Source: Methanomicrobia archaeon
GTDB lineage: Archaea > Halobacteriota > Bog-38 > Methanoflorentales > Methanoflorentaceae
Direction of reading: 5' to 3'
Length of the DNA stretch: 64,000 bases
Assembly (NCBI GenBank): GCA_015661395.1
Contig: JACWML010000001.1
Location: 19,273-83,272, forward strand
Below, piece by piece: positions 36,864 to 45,016 of the stretch. Within the stretch, counting starts at the first letter, position 1. Each line of letters starts with the position of its first letter. The notes beneath the pieces were generated by a model. It was given only the letters and a program-made list of their open reading frames with translations, had not been told where the DNA came from and did not search any database. The translations under genes and the position numbers were made by a program.

Positions 36864-37400
36864 ATGGCCTGGGCTATCTGGATTACTGGACTTCCCGGAA
36901 GCGGCAAAACCACTATCGCACGAGAAGTTGCCGACAGGCTCAAGGACGAAAGGCTGAAAACGCTGCAACTTGACGAGATTAGAACTGTCGTCACTCCCCG
37001 GCCAACGTATTCAGAGCAGGAGCGCGATATCGTCTACGCGTTTCTCGCATACACGGCGAAGGTACTTACCGAATGTGGGGTGAACGTTATCATTGACGCG
37101 ACGGCAAACCGAAAACGCTATCGCGATCTCGCTCGTCGACTCATACCCCGCTTCGCCGAAATTTATGTCAGCTGTTCGCTTGACACGTGCGTGCAGCGCG
37201 AGGCACATCGCGTGACAGAGTTCACACCACCAGGCATTTATGAGAAATCGCACGCGAGAGAGGCTGCCGTGCCTGGGGTGAACGTAGCATACGAGACGAC
37301 CGAAGACCCGGAGTTGACCATAGACAGCGAGCGGGTTGCGCCGACCGAGGCAGCCGGAGTCATCGTGCAGGAGACAAGGCGACTTTTCGATGGAACTTAA
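36864..37400 (+). CDS. Adenylylsulfate kinase-like P-loop kinase
   Basis: 178 aa with WITGLPGSGKTTIAREVA and an APS-kinase-like layout. Confidence 0.75.
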   Translation: MAWAIWITGLPGSGKTTIAREVADRLKDERLKTLQLDEIRTVVTPRPTYSEQERDIVYAFLAYTAKVLTECGVNVIIDATANRKRYRDLARRLIPRFAEIYVSCSLDTCVQREAHRVTEFTPPGIYEKSHAREAAVPGVNVAYETTEDPELTIDSERVAPTEAAGVIVQETRRLFDGT

Positions 37401-38202
37401 TAGCATTGTGAGCATGGCTACGCGGGCAATGGAGTCCGTGCTTGCGTTCGTCAAAACGGAGACAGATTTCTCCGCGATAACAAAGCAGAAAGAGCGCGAC
37501 GTGACGCGGAGGTTCGATCTTGTTGCGGAGCAAGCGCTGCAAGACGAGCTGCTCGCCAGAGGGATCAGCGCGCGGATTGTCTCAGAAGAGTGGGGCGACC
37601 GCACCATTGGAGAAGACCCGCAGTGCACGTTCATCTTCGATCCGGTCGACGGATCCACCAACGTCGCTATCGGTTTTCCGTACTTCTGCTCGTCGCTCGC
37701 TTACGCCCCGAAAACCGACGAGGTCACCTTGAGTGATATCACTATGGGCGCAGTAGTCACGAACTCCTTAGACGTGTATGCTGCCAAACGAGGCGAAAGC
37801 GCGCGCTTCAACACGACGCCGCTCGTGAGGAAAAAATCCCTTAGGCTTAGGAAGCCCGTGGTCGCTGGATATGCTTATGGGGTGTCGCGCGTTCCGCGTG
37901 GACTCATCGAGCTCGAAAAGCGCAGCATCGTGCGGATTTTCGGAAGTATTGCCTACGACCTGTGCCAGGTTGCCTCGGGAACGCTCGACGCAGTTATTGA
38001 CACGCGAGATCGCCTGAGCAGTTACGACATCGCCGCCGCGCAGCTCATCGTGCGCGAGTCGCACGGATTCGTCACGACGGGTGATGGCAGCCCACTAGAT
38101 GCCCCAGTCACCGCCACTAATCTATCCCTCGTTTGTTCCACAGACCCGACACTGCACGACACGATCGTGCAGACGTTGCGCCAATTCTCAAACGATGGAT
38201 AG
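37390..38202 (+). CDS. Inositol monophosphatase / CysQ / FBPase-IV family phosphatase
   Basis: Has FIFDPVDGSTN and EEWG motifs. ATG 37390 overlaps the preceding gene by 11 nt. Confidence 0.8.
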   Translation: MELNSIVSMATRAMESVLAFVKTETDFSAITKQKERDVTRRFDLVAEQALQDELLARGISARIVSEEWGDRTIGEDPQCTFIFDPVDGSTNVAIGFPYFCSSLAYAPKTDEVTLSDITMGAVVTNSLDVYAAKRGESARFNTTPLVRKKSLRLRKPVVAGYAYGVSRVPRGLIELEKRSIVRIFGSIAYDLCQVASGTLDAVIDTRDRLSSYDIAAAQLIVRESHGFVTTGDGSPLDAPVTATNLSLVCSTDPTLHDTIVQTLRQFSNDG

Positions 38203-38377
38203 ACCAAACCAAACAACGACACTTCTTGACTGGTCAAGCCTTCCTTTTAGTTTTGTCGAAGTGAATCCAACGACGATTAGTGGCGCCCGTGACTGCACCT
38301 TCGCTGACGCAAAGCTCGAGCTCTACGCTCACTCCGGAAGAAGAATAGCCATTAAGTCTCTGCTACAAAACTAGGGC

Positions 38378-38431
38378 CTGGGGGGGAAAAGCAGATTTGA
38401 ACTTCTGAGGTCAGGTTCCGTTTCCCCCCAG
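38378..38431. repeat. Imperfect long hairpin / palindromic element
   Basis: CTGGGGGGGAAA pairs with TTTCCCCCCAG. An inner GAAC..CTGA..TCAG..GTTC palindrome lies between the arms. AGGGCCTG direct repeats flank it. Confidence 0.6.
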
Positions 38432-38617
38432 ACTAAAGGGCCTGTAAAAAATCGATACTGTGTTGACTTACTAGAATATAAACCTGACTTGAAACAAGAG
38501 TCTTTGCTGTGGCGTCGCAGTTAAAGAAGTCGCTGTGATGGCGGTTCGCGGCTGCTTCAGCGATTTTCTGCGCAGCGCCCCGAACCTACCACGCCAGTAG
38601 CTCTAAGCCCTCGATAA

Positions 38618-38842
38618 TTACGTCTTTTCGTAACACGCCCACATCTTGAAAAAATCGGTCCTAGTCATTTTCAGCTCGTGAATGATGCTGTGGAGCAACC
38701 CCTTAGGAAGCTGGCGATGAGCGTGTATCGGTATTGTGGTTGCCTGGCCGTCGTCCGAAACTAGCCGAACGTGTGAACCGCGCGTTCGAGTGACGCGATA
38801 ACCTATGGTCTCCAGGAACTTAACGAGTTCGCTGCCGCTCAT
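38618..38842 (-). CDS. hicA: HicA-type toxin (mRNA interferase)
   Basis: 74 aa with LVKFLETIGYRVTRTRGSHVRL, the typical HicA/YcfA signature including GSH. Confidence 0.85.
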   Translation of the reverse strand: MSGSELVKFLETIGYRVTRTRGSHVRLVSDDGQATTIPIHAHRQLPKGLLHSIIHELKMTRTDFFKMWACYEKT

Positions 38843-38904
38843 CGACGGAAACTTCTCAATATGCGCCGCAGCGGCGCCCGTTTGCTCGCAGCTCGGGATC
38901 AGCT

Positions 38905-39078
38905 TCAGTTCCGTCCCTCCTCCTCAAGCTCTTCCTCGCATAGCTGAATACACTCCTTGATGTTATCCAATGCCTCTTCGAGAGTTGTGCCGTATGAGTG
39001 ACAGCCTTTTAAGGTCGGACACGTTGCGATGTAGTAACCGGCATCATCTCTTCTGATAACGATCTGGCATTCCTCCAT
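38905..39078 (-). CDS. hicB: HicB/UPF0150-type antitoxin (short form)
   Basis: A 57-aa ORF below the track cutoff, translated by hand: MEECQIVIRRDDAGYYIATCPTLKGCHSYGTTLEEALDNIKECIQLCEEELEEEGRN. It has the typical HicB N-terminal fold motif and lies directly upstream of hicA. Confidence 0.7.
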   Translation of the reverse strand: MEECQIVIRRDDAGYYIATCPTLKGCHSYGTTLEEALDNIKECIQLCEEELEEEGRN

Positions 39079-39337
39079 GAACTAGCCCCCTAAGTGGGCT
39101 TGTCGTGCGCGTATAATAATGCTTGCACCGGCGATAGTGTTCTCAAAAGCTGATGAGATTGACTCCGGTTCCATCGAAGCGAGACTTGATACGGCAGGTA
39201 ATGAAGAGCTTCGCCATGAGTGTGCCGTTGAGCTCCGACGGGGTGGCAACAAAGGCTTAAGTTTGTAGACACTCCTTTCTGAATAGGTCATCCGACCGTG
39301 TTTTGCACGTTCCGCAACGTGAAGAGGATGCGCTGTT

Positions 39338-40417
39338 GTGTTGATTGAAGGGCAAGACAATCAGAAGCTCAGCCGAGTCGGTGCGCGGATAAAGTCTCGC
39401 GTAGATCAAGCGAGCGATGCTGCTGACGAAGAGAGAGTGAGTTCTTCTCAGTTCATTCCCGGACTATTCTACCCCACGGACCACAGCGGCTATGCGCAAG
39501 CATTTGCGCTCAAGCGAGCTTTAATCGAGAAGCACGACGGAAAAGCGCTCGAAGAGGTGACTCCTGGAACCGAACTCGTCACTGAGCGCGGGACGTGTTA
39601 CCGCGTAGAGACGGAAGAGGGGGTAAGCATACGTACGATACCTCCAAAGAGAGCCAAAGAGAGCCTATTAACAGATTTTAAGCTCCTCCACGGCGTTAGA
39701 GAGACGACCGAGCGCGCATTGAAGGAACGCGGATACCGCAGCATCGCCGATCTCGTCGAGCACGACCGCTTTGGCACCCAGGCGCTCCGCTTCTTAAAGC
39801 TTGTCGAAATGCGCGACTCGGGTGAATTAATCGAATGGGTTGGAAGAAGGTTTACGAGATCCGACCCGCTCGCACTGAACGCCTCAGGCTTTCACACGCC
39901 AGACCAGTTGCTTTTTGTGGATCTCGAGACCCTGGGACTCTTCACGAGCCCAATTATAGTCATAGGAGTTGCTGAGGCGATCGACGAGACCCTGACCGTT
40001 CGCCAGTATGTTGCAAGGAACGTGGGCGAAGAACCGGCGGCACTGGAAGCGCTGCTTTCGCACGTTGACGCAAGCACTGCTCTTGTAACGTTCAACGGGA
40101 GGGCTTTTGACGTTCCTTTCCTTGAGCAACGCCTCGCTTACTACCGGATCCACGGCAATCTGCAGAGAGCTCACTTCGACGTACTCCAGTTCGCGCGACG
40201 AAGGTGGCGAGGGCTGACTCCTGACTTCAAGCTGGCCTCGTTGGAAAAACACGTAATGGGCGCTCGTCAATCAGATATTCCTAGCGCGTTAGTACCGGAA
40301 TTCTATGAGACGTACCTGCGCACACAGAACGCCGGACCGTTAGTCGCGATTATCGACCATAATAGACAGGATCTAGTCGCGCTAGCGCACATTTTCTCCA
40401 AGGTTTGTGAGGGGTAA
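39338..40417 (+). CDS. RNase H-fold 3'-5' exonuclease-like protein (YprB/MrfB, COG3359-like)
   Basis: 359 aa. The C-terminal half has LLFVDLETLGL...LVTFNGRAFDVPFLEQRL...HFDVL...DHNRQDL, which are DEDD-like exonuclease motifs. Confidence 0.7.
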   Translation: MLIEGQDNQKLSRVGARIKSRVDQASDAADEERVSSSQFIPGLFYPTDHSGYAQAFALKRALIEKHDGKALEEVTPGTELVTERGTCYRVETEEGVSIRTIPPKRAKESLLTDFKLLHGVRETTERALKERGYRSIADLVEHDRFGTQALRFLKLVEMRDSGELIEWVGRRFTRSDPLALNASGFHTPDQLLFVDLETLGLFTSPIIVIGVAEAIDETLTVRQYVARNVGEEPAALEALLSHVDASTALVTFNGRAFDVPFLEQRLAYYRIHGNLQRAHFDVLQFARRRWRGLTPDFKLASLEKHVMGARQSDIPSALVPEFYETYLRTQNAGPLVAIIDHNRQDLVALAHIFSKVCEG

Positions 40418-40491
40418 TCATATCGGTCGAGACTGTTCTGCGAATCCTGCAAAGCGACCCAAGGTTCAGCCGGAAGGTTGCGCACACCGAA

Positions 40492-42696
40492 GTGTTGTCT
40501 GCCCGAGAACCGATCTTTGCCGAAACGGCCGAAGAGATTGCACCAAACGTCCAGGCCTACCTGCGCAAAAAGGGCATTCGGTTGTACCGGCACCAAATCA
40601 AAGCGCGCGCTGCGTTGCGCGAAGGCAAAGACATAGTTATCGCAACCCCCACCGCTTCGGGCAAGACGCTCGCGTTCAACGTACCCATTTTTGAGGAGCT
40701 CGACCGTGAGCATAACGCGACTGCACTCTACCTCTATCCAACAAAAGCGCTCTCGAATGATCAACTGAAGGTGCTTCAAGAGCTCGAGCTTATTAGCGCC
40801 GTGCGTGTCAATCCGAGCGTTTACGACGGGGACACGCCATCGCATAAGCGGCCAAAGATTCGAACGAGTGCGAGGATCGTGATCAGTAACCCCTACGAAC
40901 TCCACCACGTCTTACCTTGGCACTACAAATGGCAGCGATTCCTCGCGAACCTAAAGTTCATTGTCATTGACGAGGCACACGTGTATCGTGGGGTCTTTGG
41001 ATCGAACGTCGCTCTTTTGATACGGCGCCTGCGGCGACTCTGCTCGTATTACGGATCCGAGCCGCAGTTTGTTATCTCAACGGCGACCCTTGCAAATCCG
41101 ATTGAATTTGGCGAGAAGCTCACGGGAAGGACCTTCACTCTTATATCTGAAGATGGATCCCCGAGAGCGCGCAAGTACTTCGTCCTGTATAACCCGTACG
41201 CTGACGGCATAGGGAAACGGTCCGCCCATCAGGAGGCCAAAGACTTGTTCCTCCTCTTTATCCGCAACCATCTGCAGACACTCTGTTTCGCACCGTCGCG
41301 AAAGATGGCAGAACTCATTGCCCTTTGGGCAAAAAATGAGGCTGAAGAATCGACACCGTTGCTCGCCGACCGGATTGCAGCCTATCGGGCCGGCTACTTG
41401 CCGTCGACACGGCGGCGGATCGAAGAACGGTTAAGAAGCGGTCACTTGGTAGGCGTAACGTCTACGAACGCACTGGAGCTCGGCATTGACATCGGTAGCT
41501 TAGACGCTGTCATCATGGCAGGGTATCCGGGCACGATCATTTCGACGTGGCAACAAGCGGGGAGAGCGGGCCGCGGGCAGGACGAATCGCTCGCGACCCT
41601 GGTCGGATTTCACGACCCGCTCGACCAGTACTTTATGAAGCATCCTGGCGCGCTGTTCGGAGGGTCGCACGAGCACGCCATTATCGACCTATCGAACGAG
41701 TACATCACCCTAGGACACGTTATGTGCGCGGCTGCCGAGTTTCCGCTTCGGCTACCTCGCGACGTCGCGTACTTTCCTGCTCTCCTCTCAGAATCGCTTG
41801 AGGAGCTGGAGCGCCAAGGCTTAGCCAAGGACACTTCGAACGGGTGGGTGTACTCAGGCAGCGGCAGGGCCACCGAGGCGGTCCCCCTGAACGCGCTCTC
41901 ATCTCAGATATTCAAAGTGCTCTGCGAGGGGCGGCTCCTCGAAACGCTCGACAAGACTCGCGCATACCGAGAGGCTCACTCGGGGGCGGTGCTGCTTCAC
42001 GAAGGCGAGACCTACGTCGTCGAGCAGCTCGACTTAACCAACCGCATCATTTCCGTGAGCAAGAAAAACGTGGATTACCACACAGAACCGATGAAAACCG
42101 TTGATCTTCGGATCGTCAAAGAGCTCGAAAAAAGGCCTCACGGTGCGCTCGTGGTGTCATTCGGCATCGTCGAAGTCGTTGAGCAGTACGTTGGATACAA
42201 GACGCTCCGCTACGATCAAGTCGTGGGAATCGAGAGCCTTGATTTACCGCCGCTCCGCTTCACCACGATGGCGCTGTGGTTCAGGGTCCCGGATGAGGCC
42301 GTCACGCAAGTGGCAAACGAGCAGCTCGACATCGGGGGCGGTCTGCACGGCGCAGAGCACGCGCTGATCGCCATGATGCCCCTGCACGTTATGTGCGATC
42401 GGTGGGACATCGGTGGCGTTTCGACCACGTGCCACCCAGATACCACTGCTCCAACGATCTTCATCTACGACGGTTTTGAGGGAGGGATCGGCCTCGCCGA
42501 AAAAGCCGTGGAGCTGATTGCTGAAATTGTCACCGTCACCCGTGAGCTTGTCACCGGGTGCTCCTGTGACATCGGATGCCCGGCGTGTATCTACTCCCCG
42601 AAATGCGGAAATGACAACAAGCCGCTCGACAAGCAGGCCGCAATCGTCGTGCTAGAACAGCTTGCGAATCTGGCGTCCGCTGCCTCTAACAGATAA
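40492..42696 (+). CDS. DEAD/DEAH-box helicase with C-terminal DUF1998/MrfA zinc domain (YprA/MrfA, COG1205-like); true N-terminus lies upstream
   Basis: Has TPTASGKT, VIDEAH, QQAGRAGR and a C-terminal CSCDIGCPACIYSPKCGNDN. Conserved N-terminal residues are encoded in frame upstream of GTG 40492. See findings. Confidence 0.85.
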   Translation: MLSAREPIFAETAEEIAPNVQAYLRKKGIRLYRHQIKARAALREGKDIVIATPTASGKTLAFNVPIFEELDREHNATALYLYPTKALSNDQLKVLQELELISAVRVNPSVYDGDTPSHKRPKIRTSARIVISNPYELHHVLPWHYKWQRFLANLKFIVIDEAHVYRGVFGSNVALLIRRLRRLCSYYGSEPQFVISTATLANPIEFGEKLTGRTFTLISEDGSPRARKYFVLYNPYADGIGKRSAHQEAKDLFLLFIRNHLQTLCFAPSRKMAELIALWAKNEAEESTPLLADRIAAYRAGYLPSTRRRIEERLRSGHLVGVTSTNALELGIDIGSLDAVIMAGYPGTIISTWQQAGRAGRGQDESLATLVGFHDPLDQYFMKHPGALFGGSHEHAIIDLSNEYITLGHVMCAAAEFPLRLPRDVAYFPALLSESLEELERQGLAKDTSNGWVYSGSGRATEAVPLNALSSQIFKVLCEGRLLETLDKTRAYREAHSGAVLLHEGETYVVEQLDLTNRIISVSKKNVDYHTEPMKTVDLRIVKELEKRPHGALVVSFGIVEVVEQYVGYKTLRYDQVVGIESLDLPPLRFTTMALWFRVPDEAVTQVANEQLDIGGGLHGAEHALIAMMPLHVMCDRWDIGGVSTTCHPDTTAPTIFIYDGFEGGIGLAEKAVELIAEIVTVTRELVTGCSCDIGCPACIYSPKCGNDNKPLDKQAAIVVLEQLANLASAASNR

Positions 42697-42942
42697 GACG
42701 CACTCTGAACTGCCCTCAGGCGTTCGACTCAAAGCAGCTCTTAGTGCCTCTGGTTCTTGCTCATCGCGTTCCAGCTCATAACGCATTACGGTTCACCTTT
42801 GGATTGCAAGCTCCGTGGCAGATAAGCAGGCACCTGATCGCGCGTTGAGCACTCGTTGTGACAAGCGGTGCAAGCTACAAACAGTTAATACGATGCAAAA
42901 CAGACCGAGTGCATTGTCTTACCGTAGGGATGTGCTGAAATC

Positions 42943-43665
42943 GTGCCGTTCGAGGTTATTCCCGCCATTGACGTTAAGAATGGTCGTTGCGTCCAGCTTG
43001 TCGGAGGGGTACCTAATGATGTCCTCGTTTCGCTCGAGGACCCGCTTGCCGTCGCAGAACGCTGGATCAGCAGTGGCGCTGACCGCCTTCACGTCATCGA
43101 TCTTGATGGCGCATTCGGGAAGCCGCGGAATCTGAAGCTTATCTATCAGCTAGCAAAACTCGACGCGCTTATCGAGGTTGGCGGCGGGATTCGCGCATAT
43201 GAAGACGTCGCTGATTTGCTTCAGGTCGGCGCAAACAGGGTGATTCTGGGCACCGCTGCTGTACGAGATCCGACCATTGTCCACAACATGAGTCGTGAGT
43301 TTGGCAGCGAGTCCATCATGGTGGCGGTCGACGCGCGAGGCGGTGAGGTCCTCATTGAGGGATGGACCCGAAGCTCCGGCTTGAGGCCGCAGGAGCTTGG
43401 CATACTCTTTCAAGAGCTAGGCGCAGGTTCACTGCTCTTTACGGACGTTGAAACAGAGGGGAGGATGCGTGGGGTACGTGGCGACGTCATACATGCTCTC
43501 GTGGAACACGTAGACATCCCTGTCATCGCGTCTGGCGGCATCGGCGTTCTGGATGACATTAGAGCGGTTGCTCGGACGGGGGCAGCCGGCGTTGTGATTG
43601 GCTCCGCGCTATACACCGGTAAGTTCACGCTCAACGAAGCGTTTAACATAGTGAGTGACCTCTAG
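42943..43665 (+). CDS. hisA: ProFAR isomerase
   Basis: 240 aa with VIPAIDVKNGRCVQL and the later GGGIR and SGGIG motifs. GTG start. Confidence 0.9.
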   Translation: MPFEVIPAIDVKNGRCVQLVGGVPNDVLVSLEDPLAVAERWISSGADRLHVIDLDGAFGKPRNLKLIYQLAKLDALIEVGGGIRAYEDVADLLQVGANRVILGTAAVRDPTIVHNMSREFGSESIMVAVDARGGEVLIEGWTRSSGLRPQELGILFQELGAGSLLFTDVETEGRMRGVRGDVIHALVEHVDIPVIASGGIGVLDDIRAVARTGAAGVVIGSALYTGKFTLNEAFNIVSDL

Positions 43666-43670
43666 AGTAT

Positions 43671-44243
43671 ATGATCGATATGCGCACGGCTGACGTTGCG
43701 AGAACAACCAAAGAGACCAAAATCGACCTTCATATTAATCTCGATGATGCTTCGGAGAGCGCCATTGACACCGGCGTGCCATTTTTTACGCACGTGCTCG
43801 AGGCGCTATCTTTGCACGGCGGCATAGGGATACGCCTTACTGTGCTAAGCGACGGCAATCCGCATCACGTCGTGGAGGACGCCGGCATCGCGCTCGGAAT
43901 GGCCCTTAAAAGTGTGATCACGAACATGGAGGGCATCAAACGGTTCGGAAGTGCCTCTATTCCCATGGACGATTCACTCGCGACCATCGCCGTCGATGCA
44001 GCCGGACGGAGCTACCTGGTATTTAATACCACGATCGCCTCAGGCGTCGACGGCATCGATGCCAGCTTGGTCAGACACTTCATCCAATCGCTCGCCTCTC
44101 ACGCTATGCTAACGATTCACGTGAACGCCTACGGCACCGATGACCATCACACGATCGAGGCTATTTTCAAAGCGCTGGGCGTCGCCCTCAATGATGCGCT
44201 GCAGCCCAGAGAGGGAGTGCGGAGCACAAAGGGGGTACTATAA
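43671..44243 (+). CDS. hisB: Imidazoleglycerol-phosphate dehydratase
   Basis: 190 aa with ARTTKETKIDL and GTDDHHTIEAIFKALG. Confidence 0.9.
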   Translation: MIDMRTADVARTTKETKIDLHINLDDASESAIDTGVPFFTHVLEALSLHGGIGIRLTVLSDGNPHHVVEDAGIALGMALKSVITNMEGIKRFGSASIPMDDSLATIAVDAAGRSYLVFNTTIASGVDGIDASLVRHFIQSLASHAMLTIHVNAYGTDDHHTIEAIFKALGVALNDALQPREGVRSTKGVL

Positions 44244-44338
44244 GCTATTTTGTTGGTGAGAAGCCGAAAAGCCCAACAATTGCTCGCAATTTCTCACAAT
44301 GCGCCCCGTCAAGCCGGCGGTGATTGCACAGCTGGTCT

Positions 44339-44584
44339 TCAATTTTTAGAGTCATCGAGGCCCTTTTTTGCCTTTAGAGACGTACAGCAGGCATACCACT
44401 CTTGCCATTCCTCGTGCGCATTCCAAAAAGGGCATTCGAACATCGGACACGTCCATTGCTTGAGACGCGCACAATAGTAGCTCTGCGTCGCGGCAGCATC
44501 GAACTTCGTCTGATGACGGCATAGCGAGCAGCGGCGGAGCGGGATGTATCCAGCATCAAAGCTTTGCCAATCAATGTCGCCCAT
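44339..44584 (-). CDS. Small cysteine-rich protein of unknown function
   Basis: 81 aa from ATG 44584, preceded by GGAGGG. Eight Cys residues (CSLC, C, CPMFEC, CC) and several Trp. No family recognised. Confidence 0.45.
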   Translation of the reverse strand: MGDIDWQSFDAGYIPLRRCSLCRHQTKFDAAATQSYYCARLKQWTCPMFECPFWNAHEEWQEWYACCTSLKAKKGLDDSKN

Positions 44585-45016
44585 TTGTCCCTCCGGACTT
44601 AATATGCTAGAAACAGTTTTGCACTCAATACATGCACCCAACGCATGGACTACTCGCACCTGATTCTACAGCTCACAACGATGAATACCGGCATAACGTT
44701 TGCGCTATCCTCGGAAGGGTAACTTCGTCGTGCTATCGCTCCCCTTTTTTTTGTACGCGACATTGCATCGAGATTAGCTTCTGCTAGAAACCAAGCGAAA
44801 CCTCTTCAGTTAGAGGCTTTCGGACAGCACGGTTTGCAAGGTCCCCCCTTTCACTCAACTATCAGCCGAAAGAACAACAACCCACAGAAGGAGGGCTTGA
44901 TTGCAGTTCGGGAAAACGGCGAATAAAACCCGCAGCTTACAATTCTCATTGAAGACCGCAATTATGATGCCGAGGCGACCCAAAGGCATAAGTCCAACCG
45001 CTACGTATTCCCGCCT

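Noticed and set aside
39082-39360. 92-aa minus-strand ORF between hicB and the exonuclease-like gene
   Set aside because: It has no recognisable family, and it overlaps the promoter region and start of the plus-strand gene. It is probably non-coding.
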